A stretch of 64,000 nucleotides of DNA, from positions 1 to 64,000 of the forward strand of contig CAXHJY010000495.1 of NCBI GenBank assembly GCA_964016885.1, read 5' to 3'. Source of the DNA: Eledone cirrhosa (Eukaryota). Both the position numbers and the translations under genes were made by a program. How positions within the stretch are numbered: position 1 is the first letter of the stretch; every line of letters starts with the position of its first letter. Of the stretch, positions 1-13,857 are shown piece by piece. Under the pieces are notes generated by a model. That model did not search any database, was not told the origin of the DNA, and saw only the letters and a program-made list of their open reading frames with translations.

Positions 1-217
1 ACACTGTATTAGGATGTATACATACACTCAACTATAATGTCTATATACACTGTACTATATTATATATATACACCGTACTATAATATATATATATATACGC
101 ACTGTACTATAATATATATATATATATATACGCACTGTACTATAATATATATATGCACTATATTATGATGTATATATACACTCAACTATGATGTATATAT
201 ACACTGTACTATAATAT

Positions 218-343
218 ATACACCATGGCAGGAATCATCAGAGCCTATAAATATGAGTATATCAGTAGTTGCATGCTCGATGGAGCATGCAACTACTGAT
301 ATACTCATATTTATAGGCTCTGATGATTCCTGCCATGGTGTAT
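218..343. repeat. Perfect 61-bp inverted repeat (hairpin, 4-nt loop GATG)
   Basis: 218-278 is the exact reverse complement of 283-343 (ATACACCATGGCAGGAATCATCAGAG...GCATGCTC / GAGCATGC...CTCTGATGATTCCTGCCATGGTGTAT). Confidence 0.95.
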
Positions 344-362
344 GGATGAAACACTGTTAGCT
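316..362 (+). ncRNA. Minimal type-I hammerhead ribozyme motif
   Basis: GGCT-CTGATGA(320-326)-stem II-GAAAC(348-352)-ACT-GTT-AGCT; stem I GGCU/AGCU; AATAAA follows at 363-368. Confidence 0.65.
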
Positions 363-894
363 AATAAAACAACGTATTTCTAAGCACTCTTTGGTTAGTC
401 CTATAACTATAACTATATATATATATATATATTTATTTATGTGTATATATATATATAATTACACGTACGGACACATACACACACAGGCACAAACAGACAT
501 ACACACACACACGCGCGCGCGCACAGTCTCTCTCTCTTTCTTACCCTGTCATGTGTGTATATATATATGTATATATATATATAATTACACGTGCGAACAC
601 ACACACAACAGACACACACAAACACACACACACACACATACACACACACACGCTTTCTTTGTCATATATATAATTGCACGCACGAACACATATACGCATC
701 AACAAACACAGCCAAACAGACACACACACACATGCACACACACAGCCAAACACACACGCACACACTCACACACACAGACGTACGTACATAGACGTATTGC
801 TTACCAAGCAAAATCTCGGAAGCTTAAATCCTTCGTACGAGATTTGCATGTAATATCAGGAGATACTAGATAGTTGACCAGGGATGATGGGATG

Positions 895-1653
895 TTGTTG
901 TTGTTGATGGTGTTGGTGTTGGTATTGGTTGTGGTGTTGGTATTGGTTGTGGTGGTGGTGGTGGTGTTGGTATTAGTTGTGGTGGTGTTGGTGTTGGTAT
1001 TAGTTGTGGTGTTGGTGTTGTTGGTATTAGTTGTGGTGGTGGTGGTGTTGGTGGTGTTGGTATTAGTTGTGGTGGTGTTGGTGTTGGTGGTGTTGGTATT
1101 AGTTGTGGTGGTGTTGGTGTTGGTGGTGTTGGTATTAGTTTGTGGTGTTGGTGGGTTGGTATTGGTGGTGTTGGTGTTGGTGGTGTTGGTATTAGTTGTG
1201 TGTGTGGTGTGTGGTATTGTAGTTGGTGTTGGTGTTGGTGGTGGTGTTGGTATTAGTTGTGGTGGTGTTGTGTTGGTGGTTGGTATTAGTTGTGGTGGTG
1301 TTGGTGTTGGTGGTGTTGGTATTAGTTGGTGGTGTTGGTGTGGTGGTGTTGGTATTAGTTGTGGTGGTGTTGTGTGTTGGTTGTTGGTGTGTTGTGGTGT
1401 GTATTAGTTGTGGTGGTGTGGTGTTGGTGGTGTTGGTTTGTGTGGTGGTGTTGTTGTGGGTTGTGGTGGTGGTGTTGGTATTAGTTGTGGTGGTGTGTGG
1501 TGTGTTGGTGTTGGTTTAGTTGTGGTGGTTGTGGTGTGGTGGTGTGGTGGTTGTGTGTGTGGTGGTGTTGGTGTTGTGGTGTTGTGGTGGTGGTGGGTGG
1601 TGTTGGTGATTAGTTGTGGTGGTGTTGGTGGTGTTGGTATTAGTTGTGGTGGT
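895..1653. repeat. (GGT/TGT)n compound microsatellite with recurring GGTATTAGTTGT
   Basis: Direct reading; source of the Val/Gly/Trp artefact ORFs. Confidence 0.9.
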
Positions 1654-2125
1654 GACGGAGATCCAGTACAAATTTAGGTGTAATTGATCACCATTGATGG
1701 ATACTGTTTCAAGAGTAGCCTGTCCTATTTTGTCGTTCAATAAACCACAGCAATCATTGTTGTAACCGACGGAGATCCTCCATACACAGTTATGTGTGAC
1801 TATCACCCATTGATGGATACTAATGAAATTACAATGACGAAGGAAACGTCGAAAAGGTCGAAGAACTAACATACGTTTACGTGTGATAGTTCACCCATGG
1901 ATGGATACTAATGGGAGTAAAATAGGGAAAGGAACCCTTGTAAAGAATGAAGAGCTAACATACATTTATATTTAACCGATCACCCATTGATGGATACTTC
2001 TTCAAGAGCAGCGTATTCTGTCGTTTAATAAACCGCAGCGATCGTTGTAAAAGACGGAGATCCACTTACACATTTACGTGTGACTATAACCCAATGATGG
2101 ATACTAACGAAACTAAAATAACGAA
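1654..2125. repeat. Degenerate ~90-115 bp tandem repeat
   Basis: CACC(C)ATTGATGGATACT-like core recurs five times (~1690, 1804, 1892, 1981, 2088); GACGGAGATCC recurs at 1654, 1768 and 2053. Confidence 0.75.
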
Positions 2126-2464
2126 AGAAAACTTTCAACTTACAATTAAACTCAATAAATCAAATAAATTTCTTTTTTTTATTTTAAATTTCTTTCGCTT
2201 TTTTTAAATTTTTTTATATTTTATATTTTATCTATTATTATTGTTGTTTTTTTTTTTTATAAATCTCTCAGTAATTTTATTCAGCACGTCACTAGTACTG
2301 AGCACGGGCTTAAATACCAATATTTAAACCTGATCGGCCTTTCTCACCCATATCACCACCCAACACCACCCCAACGCTTCATTTCCCTTCTCTTCCTTCT
2401 GAGGGATGGCGTATAGATAGTTTTTTGTTGCTATTTTTGCATTGTTTTATTAACGATTTTCTAG

Positions 2465-2517
<53 letters not shown>

Positions 2518-2572
2518 GTGTGTGTGTATATATATGTGTATATATATGTACATATATATATGTATATATATG

Positions 2573-2606
<34 letters not shown>

Positions 2607-2673
2607 TGTATATATATGTACATATATGTATATATGTATATTTATATGTATGTATATGTGTGTATATATGTCT

Positions 2674-2720
<47 letters not shown>

Positions 2721-2991
2721 CTCGCAATTTGTTCAGTGGAAACTCTTATCATACCGGACACGTCCAGCTGATAAAAGCAATACAAATCTCTTTCGTTTTT
2801 TCCTGCTACCACCACCCCATCCTCATACACACACTCCACTTCATTCTACCACCACCACTACCACCACCCTATCCTCATACACCCACCTCACCTCATTCCT
2901 ACTACCACTACCCCCATACACCCACCCCACTTCTTTCTCTGTATTTGCTCTCACCATTACACGAACTCCTAAGTACATACATCCGTTTATA

Positions 2992-3039
<48 letters not shown>

Positions 3040-3403
3040 CAATTATATATAACATATATATATATATATATATATATATTTTTTTTCTCGAATGACAAAC
3101 ATGACCCAACACATAAAATATATGTACATATATATACATATATATATATATGTACATATATATATATACATATATACACACATACATATATATATATATG
3201 TACATATATATATACACATGTGTATATATATATATACATATGTATATATATATATACATATATATATATATGTACATATAAATACATATATATATACACA
3301 TATATATAAATACATGTATATATATATATTTATACACACGCACATATATATATATAACACCTGTGCATTCACACACATGCACACACACACACACATATAT
3401 ATG

Positions 3404-3489
<86 letters not shown>

Positions 3490-3947
3490 CTCATATCAAA
3501 CACAAAAGCCAGTCAATAAAATTAGCTGCTATTAACTTACTTTATACAACAACAAATTTCTGTAAAATTTCATGGCGTTGTTCTTTTTTATCTTATAATT
3601 CTTGTTTCGTTTCGCCAGTCAGCTTTGTTTTCTGTTGTTTTCGTTTCGTTTCTGGCTTTAATTTTGGTTTTTCATCCTACCTTCGCTTTTTCGAATCACA
3701 TTTTTTGTACACATTTTTCTCGTTTTTTTCCCCGTTTCTTCGCCCCCCCACCCCCTCTTATTATTTACCTTATTTGTTGTCGTAGTTTGAATTTTTTCAG
3801 CGTTTTGTAATTTTTTATTTATTTATTTGACATTTCTGCCTTATTATAGATCGTCCCCTTTTCAGGGAAATTCTTTTATTTTTTTCATTTTTTTTTCTCT
3901 GTAGAATTGTTGAATGAATTGAATGAATATTTATTTTCGTTTATTCC

Positions 3948-3948
<1 letters not shown>

Positions 3949-3999
<51 letters not shown>

Positions 4000-4345
4000 G
4001 TATATATATATATATATATATAAATGTATATATATATATATATATATAAATGTATATATATATATAAATGTATATATATATATAAATGTATATATATATA
4101 TAAATGTATATATATATATAAATGTATATATATATATATATATAAATGTATTTATATATATATATATAAATGTATATATATATATATATATAAATGTATA
4201 AATGTATATATATATATATATATAAATGTATATATATATATATATATATAATGTATTATATATATAAATGTATAAATGTATATATATATATATATATAAA
4301 TGTATATATATATATATATATATATATAAATGTATATATATATAA

Positions 4346-4387
<42 letters not shown>

Positions 4388-4439
4388 GTATATATATATA
4401 TATATATATACATATAAATGTATGTATATATATATATAA

Positions 4440-4493
<54 letters not shown>

Positions 4494-4566
4494 GTGGGGT
4501 AGTATTTCTTTATAATCAACTTTTGTTTTCTGTCGAAGAAGAAAATTACGAGAAACTTCTTAGATG

Positions 4567-4624
<58 letters not shown>

Positions 4625-4660
4625 TATATATATATACACAGTATATATATATATACACAG

Positions 4661-4691
<31 letters not shown>

Positions 4692-4775
4692 TTTTATATA
4701 TATATATATACATTTATATATATATATACATACATTTATATGTATATATATATATATACATTTTTATATATATAC

Positions 4776-4825
<50 letters not shown>

Positions 4826-4845
4826 TTATATATATATATATATAC

Positions 4846-4917
<72 letters not shown>

Positions 4918-4936
4918 TATATATATATATACACAG

Positions 4937-4967
<31 letters not shown>

Positions 4968-4976
4968 ATATATATA
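3949..4976. repeat. (TA)n microsatellite block with TAAATG/CACAG interruptions
   Basis: Direct reading; representative of dozens of (TA)n tracts in the window. Confidence 0.95.
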
Positions 4977-5282
4977 CCAAACAAAAATGCAAATAAACGG
5001 AAGTAACAGGAAGTATCAATGATAAATAACTGCGTACGTGAGTGCGTGTATGTGTGTGTCTGTGTGTGAGTGCGTATGTGTGTGTATGTGACTGTCTGGC
5101 TGTGTGAGAGTGTGTATGTAGTAGTGTGTGTGTATGTGGTAGTGTGTGTGTGTATATGGTAGTATGTATGTATATGCTAGTGTATATATGGTAGAGTGTA
5201 TATGTAATTACTCTTATTTGATGGTTGAAGGGGATTTCAACATTTTCTGTATACATTATTATAAAGATCCTGATTAGAATTG

Positions 5283-5508
5283 AAATAAAATAAAATAAAA
5301 TAAAATAATATAAAACAAAATAAAATAAAATAAAATAAATTAAAATAAAATAAAATAAAATAAAATAAAACAAAAAATAAAAATAAAATAAAATAAAATG
5401 AATAAATAAAATAAAATAAAACAAATTAAAATAAATATAAAATAAAATAAATATAAAATAAAATAAACATAAAAAAATATAAATAAAATAAAATAAAATA
5501 AAATAAAA
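5283..5508. repeat. (AAAAT)n microsatellite
   Basis: Direct reading. Confidence 0.9.
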
Positions 5509-7104
5509 TGGAGAGAAAAAGAAAAAAAATAGAAAAAAATGTTAATGAAGTATTAGACAAAGATACAATAAAATATAGTGACAACAACAACAACAATAAC
5601 AACTACAGTAACAACAACAATAACAATAACAACAATAACAACAACAACAACTATAGTAATAATAACAACAACAACAACAGCTAGTGTAACAACAACAACA
5701 ACAACAACAATTATAGTAATAATAACAGCAACAACAACAACAACAGCTAGTGTAACAACAACAACAACAACAGCAGCAATACGGAGACGAATAATATCTG
5801 TACGACCTGATCAACGATATGGAGAACTCCACGTCGACAACGACGACGATCCCCACTACCAACTATACAAGCAGCAGCACCACCACCACAACTAGTACCA
5901 CCACCACCACCACCACCACCACTACCACCCACCAACACCAGCGCCATCACCACTACCATCACAACCACCACCATAAACACCACCACCATCATCATTACCA
6001 TCACAACCACCACCACCATCACCACTACCATCACAACCACCATCATCATCATTTCCATCATCATCATCATTAACCCCAGGAACACAACCGCCACCAGTAC
6101 TAACAACACCGCCACCTCTATCACCAACAACACAACCACCACGACTACCAACATCACCATTGACACCAGTACTAACAACACCGCCACCACAACCACCAAC
6201 ACCACCAACACGACCACCACCACCACCACCACCATCGCCACAACAACAACCGCTATTAGCACCACCACCACCACCACCACCACCACCACCACCACCACCA
6301 CCATCGCCACAACAACAACCGCTATTAGCACCACCACCACCACCACCACAACCACCACCACCACCACAATCATCAACAACAAGAAAACCAACAATTTAAA
6401 CCCATGAATGTAATTACAATAAATTTAATCGAATAAAATGGTTTCTTAGTGAAGTCTGAAAACTGTGAATGGTTAGTTTGGGTTGGGTGCGGTTCGGTGG
6501 TTGGTTGGTGCTGGTTAGTTGGGTGGGTGGTTTCTTGGGGGAAGGCGGCTGGTTCGTTGGTTGGTCGTTGGTTGGTTGGGTGGTTTCTTGTGGAGAGCGG
6601 ATGGTTCGTTGGTTGGTCGTTGGTCGTTGGTCGTTGGTTGGTTGGGTGGTTTCTTGTGGAGGGCGGATGGTTCGTTGGTTGGTGGCTTGATTGATAGTTT
6701 GGTCAGTTGGTTCATAGATCGAACGTTGAAATGGTTAGCTGGTTAGCTTGGTGGTGGGTGGTTAACATTGTTGATGGGTTAATTGGTTGGGTTATTGGTT
6801 GATAGTTCGGTCAGGGGGTCGGTTCGGTTGGTTGGTTTTAATTGGTTGGTTCGATTGGTTGGTTCGATTGGTCGGTTCGATTGGTTGTTTTCTAAAAAAC
6901 AATACCACCGTGCCCAAGGCCTAGAGCTCATCACCCCACCCCCTTCTTCTCCCCATTTTTCTGTGACCGTAGAGCCCTTGTCTTTTCCCTTCATTTTCCG
7001 TTTTCAACCACAAAAGACACTTGAATTTTTGCAATAAAGTTATTACATAAATTAAAAAAAAAAAAAATGAAATGAACTTTACAGCTCACACCTATTGAGG
7101 TTGA

Positions 7105-7310
7105 GCTAGTTTCCTACGAGGTTCTATCCCCCATGGGAGGATTGTCGGCTGTTTATATGGCAGGAGACCCCTCCTCACTCCTATCACGAACTGCAAAGTG
7201 AAATAAAGTGTCTTGCTCCTAATAAATCCCAACACGCCGCCCCGTCCAGGAACGGAAGATGCGATCTTAGTATCTTGCTTTCAACAACGTAATCTCTAGT
7301 TCTTGTGCTT
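7105..7310 (-). mobile_element. Degenerate tRNA-derived SINE fragment
   Basis: GTGAAATAAAGTGTCTTGCTC...CAACACGCCGCCCCGTCCAGGAA resembles the SINE copies at 24085 and 57800. Confidence 0.5.
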
Positions 7311-7355
7311 CCATAAGCTTTAGGATCTGATCATTGCTAGCAGGCAAGATGGAGG

Positions 7356-7399
<44 letters not shown>

Positions 7400-7424
7400 A
7401 TATATATATGTAGGAGGTGAATTT

Positions 7425-7640
7425 TATTGTAGCACAATAAAGCAATGTAAATATCGGATAAGTAGCACTCTACAGTTTGTAGGACTGGAGTATAAATAAT
7501 ATAAGATCAAAAGATGGTTAAAAGAGTTCCATTTTATCTGATGAAAACGCAGATGTCATCTCATGATGATATTTGTTTTTGAAATGCGCATAATAAAATA
7601 GTTGGAACTCTTTTAACCATTTTTTGATCTTATATTATAT
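7425..7640 (+). mobile_element. Penelope-like terminal cassette: inverted 3' flank + HHR
   Basis: 7496-7531 is an inverted copy of 7603-7638 and encloses the HHR; the left arm extends into an inverted ACTCCAG...GAGTGCT tail; (TA)n on both sides. Confidence 0.7.
7532..7598 (+). ncRNA. Minimal type-I hammerhead ribozyme
   Basis: TTTTAT-CTGATGA(7538-7544)-long stem II (CAGATGTCATC/GATGATATTTG)-GAAAT-GCGC-ATA-ATAAAA; 6-bp stem I, palindromic GCGC loop. Confidence 0.85.
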
Positions 7641-7704
7641 ATATATATATATATATATAGTGACGAAACATAAGTCAATTGCATGAACTCATAATCCTTC
7701 ATTT

Positions 7705-7760
7705 ACTGCTATATATATTTCGAGGATAGCCATTGAATGGCTATGACCTCATCAGGCAGT
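7705..7760 (-). ncRNA. Minimal type-I hammerhead ribozyme
   Basis: Minus strand: ACTGC-CTGATGA-GGTCATAGCCATTCAATGGCTATCCTC-GAAAT-ATAT-ATA-GCAGT; 5-bp stem I, 8-bp hairpin in stem II. Confidence 0.85.
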
Positions 7761-8096
7761 TAGTCAGTTCTTAGATATGCCAGCTCTGTGTTTATAGTGT
7801 TGATGGTATCAGACTATATATATATTAGTCGTATTGAACCTCGTCAGAGAAGCGTACTCAAATTCTAGCCTACGAGTCGGTTATACACAGTGAAACTTAC
7901 ATATATACTCTCAGTCACACCTATATATTATATATATACATATGTTTTTGTATATATGTATGTATGTGTGTACATATATATATAAATAGAGATATGTTTT
8001 TTTGTATATACGTATTTTGTATATATGTATATATATATATATATATAATATTAAAATATAAATATTAATAAAACAGATGTTCTTTTGATCAATTAC

Positions 8097-8149
8097 ATTT
8101 TATTATACATATTTCGGATGTACAACAGTATGTCCTCATCAGACAAAAT
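8097..8149 (-). ncRNA. Minimal type-I hammerhead ribozyme
   Basis: Minus strand: ATTTTGT-CTGATGA-GGACATACTGTTGTACATCC-GAAAT-ATGT-ATA-ATAAAAT. Confidence 0.8.
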
Positions 8150-8357
8150 ATAATGATACACGACATACCCTGAGATGTTAAATGTAGTTAATTATATTTA
8201 TATTAATTATATTTATATTATAGTTAATTATATTTATATTATTAATATTTATATTTTAATATTAATAACTCCAGACAATTATTTACTCGTTGAGTGCTTC
8301 CAATCTACTGTAAAACTCATTCTTTGACATAATCATTGAACATTGTTTAACAATTTA

Positions 8358-8423
<66 letters not shown>

Positions 8424-8467
8424 CTGCATAAAAATAAATGTTTAAATATATATGGATATATGAATGC

Positions 8468-8513
<46 letters not shown>

Positions 8514-8945
8514 CATACACAAACATACATATCTACGTATGAATATATATGTGATAGAGGTAGGAAGAAAGAAACACGCACGCGCACACACACACACGTA
8601 CACACACACATACACATACACATATATACATATACATACACATATATATATATATTTACAATGATCGATGTAATCTGAATCTAAATATCAGTTGATATGC
8701 CGTGGTATACACAGCCAAAAATACATATTCTTTTCTCTACAATTAATGGTTCTCTAACTATTCTGGAATCCGCCAAATTCTTATCCAATCTAAGCTGTAA
8801 TTAGTCTCGTATTTAAATAGAAAAAACCTCCATTGAAATACGTAACTAAGTCTATTTATTAAAAATATCCAATATTGATTGCGCAGTCATATATTTAAAA
8901 TGGCATAAAAAGAGATATAAATATGTATTGCAGATTATTATTTAC

Positions 8946-9008
<63 letters not shown>

Positions 9009-9182
9009 CTATTTATCTTTAAACGAAACACTATCCTGTTCCCCGCCCCCTCTCTCTCTCTATATATATATAGACATATGTTTTTTTGTATATATGTATT
9101 TTGTATATATGTATATATATATATATATATATAATATTAAAATATAAATATTAATAAAATAGATGTTCTTTTGATCAATTAC

Positions 9183-9235
9183 ATTTTATTATACATATTT
9201 CGGATGTACAACAGTACGTCCTCATCAGATAAAAT
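9183..9235 (-). ncRNA. Minimal type-I hammerhead ribozyme (paralog of 8097-8149)
   Basis: Minus strand: ATTTTAT-CTGATGA-GGACGTACTGTTGTACATCC-GAAAT-ATGT-ATA-ATAAAAT; 7-bp stem I; flanks 9075-9235 duplicate 7991-8149. Confidence 0.85.
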
Positions 9236-9661
9236 ATAGGTATATATTTCTCTATACAGGATATATATTCTTTGTCTTCCAAGACATTTGCAACAGTGTC
9301 TTTAAATTCCTGTCCTTTTGGCCATTTTGTCGGACATGTTGAATTCGACCATCAATCAAGTAGGTTTCACCATTCCCAGTGGCGGGGTGCGGTGTGGGGT
9401 AGGGTTTTCTGGTGGGGGTCAAGTGACACTGCAAAGGTCAAGGGGTACAACCGTTTCTCATCCTCCTAGCTGTACCATCATCACCACTATCACCATCATC
9501 ACCATCATCATCAACGTCATCATCATCATCACCATCAACATCATCATCATCATCATCACCACCATCATCATCACCATCACCATCACCATCATCATCATAA
9601 CAACAGACACAGATGTAGTCTTTCTTTCTCTCTCTCTCACTTTTACCGCTACGTGTGCTGC

Positions 9662-9700
<39 letters not shown>

Positions 9701-10839
9701 CACTACTACTACTTTTACTACCACCACCACTACTACTACTACCACCACTACTACTACTACCACCACCACTATCCACCACCACCACCACCACCACCACCAC
9801 CATCAGCACCACCACCACCACCACCACCACCACTACTACTACTACTACCACCACCACCACCACCACCACCACCACCACCACCACCACCACCACTACAACA
9901 ACAACAACAGCAATAACACCATCAGTAAATCCACTATGTAATTGTGAAGTATAGCGTCGTTAAAGTCCCCCCCCCCCTCCCTCGTGGAACTAACTACAAA
10001 GAAAGGTCAAAATTAGTTCCAACGGTGCCAACCAAATATAGAACCAGGAATGGTTCACTGCCTCGACCATAGTTGTGTATCAAGAAGTGGTTATATGTCT
10101 TCCATATATGAAAGGTTGCCTTTTAAGCGGTGAGGTTCCCCTACCTGCGCCTCGCCTACTAACCAAAGGTAACTTCCGGTGTTGGAGTGCTTACTTATTA
10201 AAAAGCCCAGCGGCGCAATCCCCTTGCCTTCCCTTCTTCTTCTTCTTCTTCTTCTTCTTCTTCTTCTTCTTCTTCTTCTTCTTTCTTTACACCTACACCA
10301 ATACCACCACCACCAGCAACAGAAATACCATCACAACACCTCCACCATCACTACCAACACCATCAACAACACCAACACCACTTCCACCACCACCAAACCA
10401 CCACCTCCCACCACCACCACCATCACCACCGCCATCTCCTGTTTTGTTGAGTCATGTGACACCTGACATCACAATAAATTCTTGGTAAAGAGAAAACACT
10501 CATTACCTCTTTAACGACTACCATATAATACTACTACTACCACCACCACCACCACCACCACTACTACTACTACTACCACCACCACCACCACCACCACCAC
10601 CACTACTACTACTACTACTACCACCACCACCACCACCACCACTACTACCAGCACTATCACTACCACCACCACCACTACTACTCATTCCACATCATTAACA
10701 CCAAACAGTTAAAGGCATCATTTATCAACGCCGAATGCCCATGTCATTAACGAGTTGGGGGTGGGGTACCACTACCACCACCACTACCACTACTACCACC
10801 ACTACCACTAATACCGCCACTGCCACCATTGCCCCCACA

Positions 10840-11260
10840 ACTACCAATACTGCCACCGCCACCACCACTACTACCGCCACTTCTACAATCACCACTACTA
10901 CTACCGCCACTGGCACCACTACCAACACCACTACCACTACTGCCACCGCCACCACCACTACTACCGCCACTTCTACAATCACCACTACTACTACCGCCAC
11001 TGGCACCACTACCAACACCACTACCACTACTGCCACTACCACCACCACTACTACCGCCACTACTACAATCACCACCACTACTACCGCCACTGGCACCACT
11101 ACCAACACCACTACCACTACTGCCACTACCACCACCACTACTACCGCCACTACTACAATCACCACCACTACTACCGCCACTGGCACCACTACCAACACCA
11201 CTACCACTACTGCCACTACCACCACCACTACTACCGCTACTACTACAATCACCACCACTA
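10840..11260. repeat. 90-bp minisatellite built from (ACC/ACT)n
   Basis: The unit ...ACTGGCACCACTACCAACACC...ACAATCACC repeats at 90-bp spacing four times. Confidence 0.85.
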
Positions 11261-12390
11261 CCACTGCTGCCACTACCACCACTATTACCGCCACTACTAC
11301 GGCCATTACCACCACTACCAATACTGCCACTACTACCACCACTACTACCACCACCACCACCACCACTACTACCACCACTACTGCCACTGCCACCACTACC
11401 ACCGCCACCACCACCGTTTCACATACCTACACATCTACAGCTTTTCTCTCCTCCGCCCCACCCCGACGCTTTTCCTTCACCCCCACATCTCCCCCCCTCT
11501 CTTCAATGGCTTCCCCCCTCCCATCACACCCTCACCCCATATCCCTCACCGTCTTTTCAATGTCCTTTCCTCCCCTCCCTCGCTATCACCCTCACACACT
11601 TTCACCCTCACTCCCTCACCCTACCCCTCACCCCCTGTTTAATGTCCTTCACCCCTCACCCCGCCACGCCACCGCCGCCCAAATATCTTTACGATATTAT
11701 CCAAAAGAAAAAGGTGTTCGGAATGATAAAGAGAGAGAGCTGGGTTTGGAGGGGGCGGTGTTGTGTGGGAGGGGATGGAGGGAGTGTGAAGTATAGAGAG
11801 AGGGGGAGGGGTGAGAGTGAAGTATAGCGAGGGGGAAGGTGAGTGAAGAAGAGGAGTATAGAGAGAGGTGGAGGGTGGAGAGGGAAGTATAAAGAGGGGG
11901 GAAAGGGAAGAGAGAGAGTGAAGGAGCGGAGTATAGAGAGAGGAAGGCGGAGAGAGAGAGTGGAGTAAAGACGGGGGAAGGTGGAAGTGAGAGAGAGTGA
12001 AGCAGGGGAGATGAGAGAGTGAAATATAGTGAGGGGGAAAGCGGAGAGTGATTGGTGGGGGAAAGTGAGAGGGAAGTATAGAGAGGGGGAGTGTGGTAAA
12101 GTGAGAGAATGAATTATATGGTCAAGGAAAGAGTTAGTGAGTGTTTAACGAGAGAGAGAGAGGGGGGCAGGGAGATAGAGAGAAGTAGGGCATGAGAGAG
12201 ATAGAGGGAGAGTGAGAGAAAGAGGTAGGGAGAGAGAGAGGTAGGGAGTGAGAGAGAGGTAGGGAGTGAGAGAGAGGTAGGGAGAGAGAGAGGTATATAT
12301 ATAGAGAGAGTAGTGAGTTGGAAAACCTGTGTGAAGAGTGTTTTGATTAAGGAGCAACTAACGAGGACGAGAGGGTGATAGCAAGAGAGG

Positions 12391-12429
<39 letters not shown>

Positions 12430-13207
12430 GTGGGGTTGATACGAGGTGGAGGAAGAGAGGGAGAGGAGCGGAGGGGAGAAGAAACGTGCTTGCGGATGAT
12501 GTGTTGATAGTTTGCTTGTTGTTGTTGTTGTTGTTGATAATGACGACGACGATGATGATGATGATGCCGATGGTTTTGTGCTCGGATCTGTCCATAAATA
12601 TATGAGACCTATGGTACGAGGGTCATTTGGTCAAATATATAGATATGTTCCACAGGTCTGCAGGGATAGAAATCTAACATATCTATTGCCTGATCGTGAA
12701 ATCAAGAACTTTAATGCCATGCTGTGCTCTTTTGACTTACAGTCGTTTATCACACCCAGGGGCGCCGTGGGAAACTGTCTAGGGAGCATGGGGTTTTCTA
12801 CACTAAAGTTATCTTCTTTCATCAAAGATGTTGTTGTTGTTGTTGTGGTTGTTGTTGAAGTAGTTGTTGTTGTTGTTGTTGTTGTGGTTGTTGTTGCTGT
12901 AGTTGCTGTTGTTGTTGTTGTGGTTGTTGTTGTGGTTGTTGTTGATGTAGTTGCTGTTGTTGTTGTTGTTGTTGTTGTGGTTGTTGTTGATGTAGTTGCT
13001 GTTGTTGTGGTTGTTGTTGTTGTTGTAGTTGTTGTTGTTGAAGTAGTTGCTGTAGTTGCTGTTGTTGTTGTGGTTGTTGTTGATGTAGTTGCTGTTGTTG
13101 TTGTTGTGGTTGTTGTTGATGTAGTTGCTGTTGTTGTTCTTTTTTTTGTGTTGATGTAGTTGCTGTTGTTGCTGTTGCTGTTATTGTTGCTGTTGTTGTT
13201 GTTGTAG

Positions 13208-13269
<62 letters not shown>

Positions 13270-13618
13270 GCTGTTGTTGTCATCACTGATGTCTAGGAGT
13301 AGGTCATCACAGATCATGTTGACACGTGATCAAAGAGGACATTACGCACCTTCCCCCGCTCTTTACGTTAGATGTAATATATCGATTATGAAAGGTTCAC
13401 CATTGGTAAAGGCTATTTAGTCAACATTCTAATACTTCCTCTTTTAAATACGTTAGCACTAAATTACCATTCCTTTGTTATCCAGATGGCGACCCTGAGT
13501 TCGTTTCATCTTCTCAGTATTTTATACGTTTCGATGCCAACAAATGTACTTTGTTGCAGGTTTACATAAATAATCTCTCACTTGAGTGTATTATGTCAGG
13601 GAAGAGTGTGGATAAACG

Positions 13619-13815
13619 TTAACCCTTTAGCATTTAAACGGGCCGTTTCTGGCCAGAATTCTCTCATCTCTTTCTCCTCAAACTGACTGTAACCGGTCAC
13701 TCATACTGATGTTAAGGTATTGTTCTCAAAATAAATAATATCAAAATCTCGTAGATTCGATATTATGTGAGATATTATGTGAGGTAAAACCTTTACTGTG
13801 AAAATATAATAGTAT
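13619..13815 (+). mobile_element. piggyBac-like MITE, 3'-truncated copy
   Basis: Begins TTAA-CCCTTTAGCATTT; body aligns by eye with the full copy at 52071-52299. Confidence 0.75.
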
Positions 13816-13857
13816 CTACCATCTTCCGATATCAGATTTTTACTATATATATATATG

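Noticed and set aside
218-343. Pre-miRNA
   Set aside because: A perfect 61-bp stem is unlike animal pre-miRNAs, no known mature miRNA is recognised, and the fold-back of an HHR cassette explains it.
7812-7850. Minus-strand CTGACGA-GGTTC...GACT
   Set aside because: No GAAA follows, so a hammerhead cannot be supported.
10735-11796. Mucin-like Thr-rich 353-aa ORF
   Set aside because: Derived from (ACC/ACT)n and a 90-bp minisatellite, open in multiple frames, no signal peptide or splice evidence.
12822-13286. PolyQ ORF (QQQLHQQQP)
   Set aside because: Alternative frame of a (CAA)n repeat that stops immediately on entering unique sequence.
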